DNA from: Nitrospiraceae bacterium
GTDB lineage: Bacteria; Nitrospirota; Thermodesulfovibrionia; UBA6902
DNA: 64,000 bases
Assembly: GCA_003599025.1 (NCBI GenBank)
Contig: QZIL01000002.1
Span: 1,371-65,370 of the forward strand
Direction: 5' to 3'
Shown in pieces: positions 36,601 through 43,388 of the stretch (the first letter of the stretch is position 1; every line of letters starts with the position of its first letter). The notes beneath the pieces are model-generated. The model was not told where the DNA came from. It saw only the letters and a list, made by a program, of their open reading frames with translations, and searched no databases. Position numbers and translations under genes: made by a program.

Positions 36601-36841
36601 CGCCCTTGCAGGCTCTGCGGCATTGCAGGGACTGGTAATGTTTGTGCCCGGTCTGCGAAACCTGCTCGGACTTTCGCCACTCGGTTTTGCAGACTGGCTT
36701 GTCGTTGGAGGCGCATCAGTAACGCCTCTCCTGATAAATGAAGCTACCAAGAAATCTCATGGAAAGCTGCTGAAGCCATTCGGAGGAGACACGAATGGCA
36801 ACGCTATAAGCGTTCATCACGCAGAGGAGGCATTGGCATGA
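33656..36841 (+). CDS. P2-type cation-translocating P-type ATPase with N-terminal HMA-like domain (paralogue 3)
   Basis: Motifs present are TGES (ALTGESMPV), PEGLP in TM4, DKTGTITLN, MITGD and TGDGINDGPALKAADIGIAMG, plus Cation_ATPase_N and C regions. The first ~70 aa, VHTVHDSVKGRVRFRVEGLYR...SSNVLTGSVIVNFN, are the HMA-like fold without CxxC. It has a GTG start. Confidence 0.9.
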   Translation: MVHTVHDSVKGRVRFRVEGLYRTETLRTKIEEALGRHPDITGFSSNVLTGSVIVNFNSGNTSEIISRVIEAVVKEYNGNNHAPGRLRSQQNSRSLTASVNRSTGSNTEPGGKLNKSRRQVRQSVIHAEDQPRTHWHQKSAGEALDSAGVMPAAGLSGSAASERLKKFGPNLLPESVPRSGLSIFFDQFKSLPVALLGVAAAVSIATGGIADAVVIAGVVVINGVIGYTTETQAEKTIHSLKSLVRPSALCIRDGALNNISAESIVPGDVLLLKPGSYIAADARLIESHHLSVDESALTGESMPVIKSVQTLTEWDIPLADRTNMVYMGTLVTGGQGLAVVTATGKFTEIGKIQTLVGDARPPETPMERQLDKMGTQLVFISGAVCGLVFVIGLLRGYGFVQMLKTSISLAVAAVPEGLPTVATTTLALGIRNMRKHNVLIRHLDAVETLGSVQTICLDKTGTITLNKMTVTSMFIGMKRLKVSDGRFRNGDCDINPYECDELLRLIHISCLCNESDVSSENGELLLRGSSTENALLQVAISTGVHVPELRHKFPLRTIRHRSENSNIMVTVHDMHPNSSHDRRATIFAVKGSPQDVLSICAWHMQDGRKLPLTTESREAIQIENERMAGEALRVLGFAYEYSDELNELPEMPNITDKALGSMPFVWLGLSGMMDPVRNGVKELIGMYHVAGIDTVMITGDQGPTAYSIGKELDLSNGSQLEILDSTHLNSLDPDILKALAEKVHVFSRVSPANKLQIVQSLQSSGRVVAMTGDGINDGPALKAADIGIAMGHTGTDVAREVADVVIEDDNLETMIIAISQGRTIYNNIRKSVHFLLSTNLSEIMVMFTSLSTGMGQPLTAMQLLWINLISDIAPGLALALEPPEPDVLSMPPRNPAEPIIRKDDFKRIAFESAMLSAGAMGAYGYGIMRYGMGAQAGTMAFMSLTFGQILHALSCRSENHSIYDNAGANGRSPLPPNRYLNAALAGSAALQGLVMFVPGLRNLLGLSPLGFADWLVVGGASVTPLLINEATKKSHGKLLKPFGGDTNGNAISVHHAEEALA

Positions 36842-38046
36842 AAAAGGACTTCATATTTTCCTCGGAGTCGGTCACTGAAGGGCACCCGGACAAGTTATGC
36901 GATCAGATCAGTGACGCGATCGTCGATCATTTTCTCCAGCAGGACCCTTTTTCGTCCGTTATAGCTGAGTGCGCTGTCTCGACCGCCATTCTCTTCATCG
37001 CTGCCAGGTTTTCATCTGAAGCATATGTCGACTTCTCAAACGTGGCGCGCAATGTTATAAGCCAGATAGGTTACGAACAGAAGGAGTTCAACAGTAAGAC
37101 CTGCAGCATTATTACGAGCCTTAAGGAACTGCCCCTCACTGAAGAACATAATTTCGATGAGCGGAAGCTCACGGAGGAGGAGATGGACCATATTCCGGTA
37201 AGGAACCAGGTCACGCTCTTTGGTTTTGCGTGCGATCAGACAGCCTCCTTTATGCCTCTTCCGGTATGGCTTGCACACAAGCTCTCAAGACGGTTGACAT
37301 CGGTAAGGGTACAGAAAATCCTTCCCTACCTCATGCCTGACGGCAAAACACAGGTGGGAGTTGAATATGTAGACAGCAGGCCGCGCAGGATCCACAGTGT
37401 TACTGTTATTGCTTCCCAGCTTAAGCCGTCTGTCAAAGGGGGGCCTGATCTTCAGCAGTTGAGGGACGATATTATTGACAACATAGTCACCCCGGCATTC
37501 CATGATGAAGAAATAAAGCCTGATGACAGGACAGGAATTTTTATTAATCCTGACGGCCCTTTCATCGTCGGCGGGCCTTCTGTCCATTCCGGACTCACCG
37601 GGCGCAAAAATGCGATAGACACCTATGGAGAGTATTCACGCCACAGCGGCGCAGCCCTCAGCGGAAAGGACCCGGTAAGGATCGACCGGGTAGGCGCGTA
37701 CGCAGCGCGCTACGCGGCCAAAAATGCGGTTGCGGCAGGACTGGCCCGTGAATGCGAGGTCCAGCTCAGCTATTCGATAGGTCGTGCACGGCCGGTCAGC
37801 ATCCAGGTCGAGACCTTCGGCACCGGCAGGATACCGGACGATAAGATTGCCGGACTCATCGGGAGACACTTTGATTTTCGTATCGCCGGCATACTCCGGC
37901 GGTTCAACCTAAGATACCTTCCCTCCATCATCAAGGGAGGGTTTTACAGAAAGCTTAGCGCCTATGGTCACGTAGGTAGAATGGACATCGGGCTCCCCTG
38001 GGAGCTGACAGACAAGTCGGCAGAAATCAGGGACGACGCAAAATGA
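36838..38046 (+). CDS. Divergent S-adenosylmethionine synthetase (MetK)-like protein
   Basis: SESVTEGHPDKLCDQISDAIVD, PDGKTQV, GLTGRKNAIDTYG, SGKDPVRIDRVGAYAARYAAKNAVAAGLA, and AYGHVGR align with MetK over the full length. Several catalytic motifs are altered (see findings). The start overlaps the ATPase stop (ATGA). Confidence 0.75.
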   Translation: MKKDFIFSSESVTEGHPDKLCDQISDAIVDHFLQQDPFSSVIAECAVSTAILFIAARFSSEAYVDFSNVARNVISQIGYEQKEFNSKTCSIITSLKELPLTEEHNFDERKLTEEEMDHIPVRNQVTLFGFACDQTASFMPLPVWLAHKLSRRLTSVRVQKILPYLMPDGKTQVGVEYVDSRPRRIHSVTVIASQLKPSVKGGPDLQQLRDDIIDNIVTPAFHDEEIKPDDRTGIFINPDGPFIVGGPSVHSGLTGRKNAIDTYGEYSRHSGAALSGKDPVRIDRVGAYAARYAAKNAVAAGLARECEVQLSYSIGRARPVSIQVETFGTGRIPDDKIAGLIGRHFDFRIAGILRRFNLRYLPSIIKGGFYRKLSAYGHVGRMDIGLPWELTDKSAEIRDDAK

Positions 38047-39020
38047 CACTGAGCGAGTTACTTGCAACATACACGGCGCATTCCGGCAATTTCACGTGGA
38101 TAAATATAGACGACCCTGACACCGAGCATTTAAACGCCCTGAAAACGCTCCACCCGTTCAATGACCTCAATCTCGAAGACTGTCTTTCAGAGACCCAGAT
38201 ACCGAAGATCGATGAGTATGATGACTACCTCTTCATCGTCCTCCACTTCCCGCGCTATGTGAAGGCAAAAAGATATTCCGTCCCCATACAGCTCTCGGTC
38301 TTCCTGGGGAAGAATTTTCTCGTGACCGTTCATAACGGCGAACTGAAGCCGCTGCAAAATCTCTTCTCCACGTACCGGAAAGGCAATCACCCTGTTGCGG
38401 AATCGAACGGCAGGAATCAACCTGCAAACGGCCTGTCATCGCCTGCAAGCCTGCTTTACTCGATCATTTACAATCTGTCTGAAAACCTGTTTGTGATGTC
38501 TTCAAAAATACTGACCAGCATTGTGGAGATTGAAGAGGCTGTCTTTGACGAGCACGTCAGCGCGGTCCACGAGGTGACCGGGCTTCGTCATAACCTTGCC
38601 AACTTCAGAAGGATCGTGTTTCCGCTGAAACGCGTCATCCATGATCTCGAAAAAAAGGTCCTGCAGTTTACGAGGGAAGACATGGGCATATACTTCAGCG
38701 ACCTCACGGACTACATAGACAAGGTCTGGACGACCCTTGAAGAATGCAGGGAGACGCTCGATATCTACAAGGAAACAGACATAATCATAAGCTCCAACAG
38801 GACCAACAAGATACTGACCGTCCTCACCATCCTGTTCACCTTTTCCATACCCGTGACAGTAATGGGGACCCTTTACGGCATGAATGTTCACCTGCCCGGC
38901 GGCGTGGACAAGCCATGGATGTTTCTCGGCCCCTATACGACCTTTATTGTCATAATGACCGCTTCGATCATGCAGGTGCTGTGCATGTTCTATATTTTCA
39001 GGCGATTGAGGTGGCTTTGA
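38043..39020 (+). CDS. corA: CorA-family divalent cation channel
   Basis: It has a cytoplasmic alpha/beta domain, two C-terminal TM helices and the YGMN signature (GTLYGMNVHLPGG). It overlaps the metK-like stop by 4 nt. Confidence 0.85.
   Translation: MTLSELLATYTAHSGNFTWINIDDPDTEHLNALKTLHPFNDLNLEDCLSETQIPKIDEYDDYLFIVLHFPRYVKAKRYSVPIQLSVFLGKNFLVTVHNGELKPLQNLFSTYRKGNHPVAESNGRNQPANGLSSPASLLYSIIYNLSENLFVMSSKILTSIVEIEEAVFDEHVSAVHEVTGLRHNLANFRRIVFPLKRVIHDLEKKVLQFTREDMGIYFSDLTDYIDKVWTTLEECRETLDIYKETDIIISSNRTNKILTVLTILFTFSIPVTVMGTLYGMNVHLPGGVDKPWMFLGPYTTFIVIMTASIMQVLCMFYIFRRLRWL
38969..39014 (+). repeat. 46-nt exact direct repeat, copy 1 (3' end of corA)
   Basis: CATGCAGGTGCTGTGCATGTTCTATATTTTCAGGCGATTGAGGTGG is repeated exactly at 40004-40049. 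Confidence 0.9.
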
Positions 39021-39121
39021 AGGAATAGACAGCGTGCCTGCCTGTTGTCAGACAGGTTACCTGACCCGGAGCATCGGTACCGCAGGTTTAACGAGACACA
39101 ATGAGACGAAGGAGACTTACC

Positions 39122-39673
39122 ATGACAGATACATTTGAAACAGTACTCGCAAATGTTCACACAGGCATTGGACAGGGTGGCGTTTTAGAGCAGATCGATA
39201 AACTGTATCGTAAGCAGCAAAGGCTGACATTATTTCAAATGCTCGAAAAGGTTGATAATGAAGAGATAGAATATTTTCCGGTCGTTCTCTATAAGCATAT
39301 TAAGCAAGTTGGGAAAAAGAGGCCGGCCTCATTGCGGTTCTCCCTGCCGCTATGGAAATATCATGATGAGATTTTTTGGCAATCGCTCGGCGATTATGTC
39401 ATTCTCGCAGTGCATCGTGTAAAAGACATAGACTTCGACAGGGAAAGAGGCCTGATGAAGGTGGAATATTTTGCTAAAATAAAAGGCCGGATAAAATATC
39501 CGGAAGACATCAGGGAGATAATCCGGAAGATTGCTTATCTTGTGGATACTGAAGCCTTACCGACTGATTTCACACGCTTCCGGCGCATGACAGAGCGGCG
39601 TGACAGCCTGGGCGAGATGAGCAAAGAACAGGCTGCACTCATCGGGGCGGCATTGAAGTTTATCCAAATATAG
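39122..39673 (+). CDS. Hypothetical 183-aa protein inside the corA-flanked insert
   Basis: Start at ATG 39122 (GAAGGAGActtacc-ATG). I recognise no family. Confidence 0.5.
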   Translation: MTDTFETVLANVHTGIGQGGVLEQIDKLYRKQQRLTLFQMLEKVDNEEIEYFPVVLYKHIKQVGKKRPASLRFSLPLWKYHDEIFWQSLGDYVILAVHRVKDIDFDRERGLMKVEYFAKIKGRIKYPEDIREIIRKIAYLVDTEALPTDFTRFRRMTERRDSLGEMSKEQAALIGAALKFIQI

Positions 39674-39699
39674 CAGAGGGCAATTCACACCAGCCCCAG

Positions 39700-39906
39700 A
39701 TGAGGCTTGTTCATAACGGGGTACAAGGAGCTATGCAAAAGGTTCTATCCGTAGTTAATCTCAAGGGCGGCGCCGTGATACTCACTGACCGGATTTCACA
39801 CGGGGCAGACGACTACCGCTTTGTAGCGCTCTGGCTTGACGAGCGCATCAGCGGGATGGCGGGATCCGGGTCAACTCAGGTTCGCCATATGATATCTTCT
39901 CTATAA
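39700..39906 (+). CDS. Hypothetical small ORF (weak)
   Basis: It is an open frame only. A possible internal start is MQKVLSVV after AAGGAG. I recognise no family. Confidence 0.2.
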   Translation: MRLVHNGVQGAMQKVLSVVNLKGGAVILTDRISHGADDYRFVALWLDERISGMAGSGSTQVRHMISSL

Positions 39907-39950
39907 AACAGGTTTGAACTTCTAAACAGTTCGGTCTTGCGCAGAACCGA

Positions 39951-40055
39951 TTATCGTTTCTCAGTTCTTACACAACTTTTATGATTGCTCTTGCCGCTTC
40001 ATGCATGCAGGTGCTGTGCATGTTCTATATTTTCAGGCGATTGAGGTGGTTATAG
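39951..40055 (+). pseudogene. Remnant of a second corA 3' end (last TM helix only)
   Basis: It reads LSFLSSYTTFMIALAASCMQVLCMFYIFRRLRWL-stop, compared with FLGPYTTFIVIMTASIMQVLCMFYIFRRLRWL-stop at the end of intact corA. An in-frame TGA lies at 39915. Confidence 0.75.
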
Positions 40056-40213
40056 CGGGATGATTTCTTCTGTTCCGATTCTTCGCCTCCACTGCCCGGT
40101 TCAGGGACCGTTCTGATACCTTCCAGCAAGTCGGCAAGATCATGACCTTCCGCCTTTCCTCTTCTCTCGTAGAGCTCATAGGCTGCATGACCTGTCATGT
40201 TTTGCGGATTCAT
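40025..40213 (-). CDS. DUF2934-like small protein
   Basis: Start at ATG 40213 (AAGGAGGTGcatcc-ATG). AAYELYERRGKAEGHDLADLLEG matches the DUF2934 core (AYxLWExRGxxxGxDxxDW). Confidence 0.55.
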   Translation of the reverse strand: MNPQNMTGHAAYELYERRGKAEGHDLADLLEGIRTVPEPGSGGEESEQKKSSRYNHLNRLKI

Positions 40214-40246
40214 GGATGCACCTCCTTTCATCTTAATCTCATTCTC

Positions 40247-40639
40247 CTATAAGACATGCCTGGACGGTGTAGCCATTCGTCTCAGCGTCTCGTAATGTTC
40301 CTGGCAGTTCCTGCAGTGGCGGGTAAAAGGAACGGCCCTCAGCCTTTCCTCCCCGATTTCATTATCACACGCTTCACATATGTGATAAGTCCCGTCATTG
40401 AGCCGCTTCAGTGCCTCATCAATTGATTTGATCAGATAAGCCTGGTTGCCGAACAGCGTGCTCTGCATATTCTCGATTTGAGTAATTACCGCCATATCAC
40501 CCTCATCAAATCCCGGACCAAGGATTTCTCTTACTTCTCCCGAACGCATGGTCTTCATACCATCTTTTGTGCTTTGCAGTATGATTTTTCTTTTTTCAAA
40601 AAGCATACTCTTTACTTCTTGACTCACGATATTTTTCAT
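40247..40639 (-). CDS. DksA/TraR-family C4 zinc-finger protein
   Basis: A coiled-coil N-part is followed by GTYHICEACDNEIGEERLRAVPFTRHCRNCQE, the CxxC-N17-CxxC DksA/TraR finger. Confidence 0.85.
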   Translation of the reverse strand: MKNIVSQEVKSMLFEKRKIILQSTKDGMKTMRSGEVREILGPGFDEGDMAVITQIENMQSTLFGNQAYLIKSIDEALKRLNDGTYHICEACDNEIGEERLRAVPFTRHCRNCQEHYETLRRMATPSRHVL

Positions 40640-40869
40640 AGCAGCCTCCTGATAAATTTATTAAATACAGGATCAGTATATAAAGAAGATGGTTGCCTTT
40701 TGATGACAGCCGTATGAAATCTCGGTTAAAGCGTAAGAGGGGCATGAGGACAGCTCTTATAATTTAACAACCTTTTAATTGAATCTTCATAATAACGTAA
40801 CGCTGCCGGGATTAAAATTAATTTCTTTAAAAGAAACTGAAAGACAGTTGCTTATCACGGAGCGCTGAC

Positions 40870-41628
40870 ATGAAAAGGAATTTGCGCATGCGTCGCATGC
40901 CTGACATCATACTCTACACAGTTGCATTCCTGCTGATCACCTGCTCCCACGTGTCCGGCCAGGAGAATTTCGGCCCGGAAGAATGGATCAGGCGGGCGGA
41001 ACGGACGTTGTCCTCAGTTACCAGTTACGCGGCCGTTTTTCACAAGCAGGAAAGGATAGGAGACACACTCAACAAGAAAGAAACGATTTATCTGAAATTC
41101 ATGAAGCCTTTTAAAGTTTATATGAAATGGATAAAGGAACCTTCTTGTGGAAGGGAGGCCATTTATGCGGACGGCAGCAATAAAAATCTCGTGAAGGTCC
41201 ATGAATGCGGACTTGCAGGGTTTATGGACCTGGACCTCGATCCTGGCGGGCACATAATAATGAGGGGGAGCCGTCATCCGATGACTGATGCCGGTATTGA
41301 GAACCTCGTTCATTTCATCGGACGGGAGATCCGGACAGGGATGAAAAACAAAGAGCTTGATGTTATCGACAGGGGCGATGAAATTGTTTATGGCCGCAAG
41401 ACCAGAAAGGTGGAATTCATCTTCCCCTCATCCGCGATAAAAGGGTATTACTGTTACAGGTCAATATTAAATATCGATATTGAAACCGATCTGCCGGTCA
41501 AGGCGTGTCTGTTCGACTGGAAGGACAGGGTCATCGAGAGGTATGGATATGAATCCCTGCATCTGGACCCCGGTCTCACAGATACTGACTTTGACCCATC
41601 CAACCCGGAATACGCGTTCAGGGGGTAG
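40870..41628 (+). CDS. DUF1571-like secreted protein (LolA-like fold family)
   Basis: It has a signal sequence, then SYAAVFHKQERIGDTLNKKETIYLKFMKPFKVYMKWIKEPSCGREAIYADG...HPMTDAGIENL, which resembles DUF1571. Confidence 0.55.
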   Translation: MKRNLRMRRMPDIILYTVAFLLITCSHVSGQENFGPEEWIRRAERTLSSVTSYAAVFHKQERIGDTLNKKETIYLKFMKPFKVYMKWIKEPSCGREAIYADGSNKNLVKVHECGLAGFMDLDLDPGGHIIMRGSRHPMTDAGIENLVHFIGREIRTGMKNKELDVIDRGDEIVYGRKTRKVEFIFPSSAIKGYYCYRSILNIDIETDLPVKACLFDWKDRVIERYGYESLHLDPGLTDTDFDPSNPEYAFRG

Positions 41629-41815
41629 GCCGTCCGCATTTCTCTTACATCCCGTATTCGGAACAACGGATTGTTTCACCGGCAAATTGCTTGAGCACTA
41701 CAGGAAGAGGCTGAGACATGCGGCTTTACATCATGATGACGGGAACATTAGCAGGGGGAATGCAACAGATATGCAACAGATATGCAATAGGGAGGTAAAA
41801 CAACAAAGCAGCCGC

Positions 41816-42187
41816 TCAGATCAGCAGACCGATGAGCGAAAGTGCGGAGCCTTCAAAGGCCTTTTCAAGCGCCATACCAAGGGCGGCCCTGCCTATAACA
41901 CGGCCTGTCTTTTCCGCGGCATTATGTAAGTATCCATCATTTGACATCGCCTTTTTCCGGTCGAAATACCCTTTGCGCTCAAGCAGGCCGATTATGTCCT
42001 CATAGTTCGTTGTGCGGTTGTTATAGTTAATCAGGAGACTCCCTGTGATGGGATTGAAGTCAACTGCGGCAATCCCCTGAATTGTGCTGAGGGCAAACTT
42101 GAGTTCGTCTGCGGCAGCATCGTTTCTCTTAAGAAGCGGGCTCTTTACCCTGAGCCTTCCCGGAACATTATGCATGTAATAGCTCAT
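41816..42187 (-). CDS. HMA-like domain protein (paralogue 4)
   Basis: ATG 42187 (AAGGAGGAAGC-ATG) overlaps the stop of the upstream zinc-ribbon gene (ATGA). It reads MSYYMHNVPGRLRVKSPLLKR...IAAVDFNPITGSLLINYNN and has a hydrophobic C-terminus SALSLIGLLI. Confidence 0.6.
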   Translation of the reverse strand: MSYYMHNVPGRLRVKSPLLKRNDAAADELKFALSTIQGIAAVDFNPITGSLLINYNNRTTNYEDIIGLLERKGYFDRKKAMSNDGYLHNAAEKTGRVIGRAALGMALEKAFEGSALSLIGLLI

Positions 42188-42483
42188 GCTTCCTCCTTGA
42201 GAAAATATTTTTTGAAGGTTTTGCATACCGGATATCCCGAACATCTGAACCTGATGACATTGCCCTCCAGCTTATAAACATTCATGGGCTTCCCGCATTC
42301 AGGACACACCGGCTTGCCCTGTACCATCGGCTTCCTTGTCCCCATGGTGAATTGCCTGCTGCACATAAGACACAGGTAACGCTGCTTCCCTGTCTTGATC
42401 CTGCCGTTTTTGTATACTGCATCAGCAGAACAGGCTGGGCACTGTATCTCTGCCTTGTCGGTCATGACAGTATCTGTTTTCAT
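42184..42483 (-). CDS. Double zinc-ribbon protein (InsA-like CxxC..CxxC ribbon plus topoisomerase-type C4 finger)
   Basis: The first ribbon is CPACSADAVYKNGRIKTGKQRYLCLMCSRQF, similar to the IS1 InsA finger. The second is CPECGKPMNVYKLEGNVIRFRCSGYPVCK, similar to zf-C4_Topoisom. Confidence 0.6.
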   Translation of the reverse strand: MKTDTVMTDKAEIQCPACSADAVYKNGRIKTGKQRYLCLMCSRQFTMGTRKPMVQGKPVCPECGKPMNVYKLEGNVIRFRCSGYPVCKTFKKYFLKEEA

Positions 42484-42596
42484 ATTATTATGATATACAT
42501 GCTATGTTGCGCAATGATGAACGGCATATTAAATTTCTGTAACATTTCCTGCGGGTGAAGACGAGGTGGGATGAGTTGTTCTGCGGACAATTATGC

Positions 42597-43040
42597 TTAT
42601 TTTACTTCTTCTGTTTCCTTGATCCATGTTTCAATCTTTGCCCTGATCGCGTCTCTTATCTTTCTTGTCTCCCGGAGTTTTTCTTCATGTGTCCCTTTCA
42701 GCGCTGAAGGGTCGGGAAAGCTCCAGTGCAGCCTCTTCGCAAATCCGGGAAAGACTGGGCATTTCTGGCCGCTGGTTTCATCACACACGGTTATAACATA
42801 GTGGAACAGCTTCCCCTGCCTGAGGAAATCAAAAACACTTTTTGCGACATTCCGGGAAATGTCCGTCCCTGTTTCCTTCATGACCTCCACGACAAGGGGG
42901 TTCAGTGCGCCCGGTTCAAGTCCTGCGCTTTCAGCCTCGAACCTGCCGGCCCCGAGGGTGTTTAAAAACACCTCGGCCATCTGGCTGCGCGCGCTGTTAT
43001 GGATGCATACGAAGAGGACTTTCTTTTTGCCCACGATCAA
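42597..43040 (-). CDS. arsC: Arsenate reductase, LMW-PTP (thioredoxin-coupled) type
   Basis: [16 protein letters not shown] is the CX5R P-loop. The distal cysteines lie in [18 protein letters not shown]. Confidence 0.85.
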   Translation of the reverse strand: MIVGKKKVLFVCIHNSARSQMAEVFLNTLGAGRFEAESAGLEPGALNPLVVEVMKETGTDISRNVAKSVFDFLRQGKLFHYVITVCDETSGQKCPVFPGFAKRLHWSFPDPSALKGTHEEKLRETRKIRDAIRAKIETWIKETEEVK

Positions 43041-43255
43041 TGCTCCAGGCTGTGCGAACTGACTGAGTAAGAGCCGAACTCAATCATATTCTGCAGCGAC
43101 CGTTTATATACTGAACATGCCTCATGATGCCTGCTCATGCATAATTTAATTTCAACACCTTCCATATTTTTAATAAGACTGTTGGCGGCCTCGCACACGC
43201 TCCCGCCTATACTGCCTTTAAGGTTCGGACAAATGACAACGCCTATGGATCTCAT
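43037..43255 (-). CDS. Hypothetical Cys-containing 72-aa protein co-transcribed with arsC
   Basis: Start at ATG 43255 (AAGGAGGGaacagga-ATG). It reads [51 protein letters not shown]... and overlaps the arsC start by 4 nt. I recognise no family. Confidence 0.45.
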   Translation of the reverse strand: MRSIGVVICPNLKGSIGGSVCEAANSLIKNMEGVEIKLCMSRHHEACSVYKRSLQNMIEFGSYSVSSHSLEH

Positions 43256-43388
43256 TCCTGTTCCCTCCTTAACATAAGTTATAGACAAATTATAGAGGAC
43301 CGGCTGTTACATGTGCGTTACAGTAAGGTTAAGATTTTTTTACCATCAGCAGGCGCCGTGATACGTTACAGTCGACAATGTACAGGAT

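Noticed and set aside
42184-42483. An InsA-like zinc ribbon as evidence of an IS1-family element
   Set aside because: There is no transposase ORF, no terminal inverted repeats and no target duplication nearby. The gene is coupled to an HMA-like paralogue instead.
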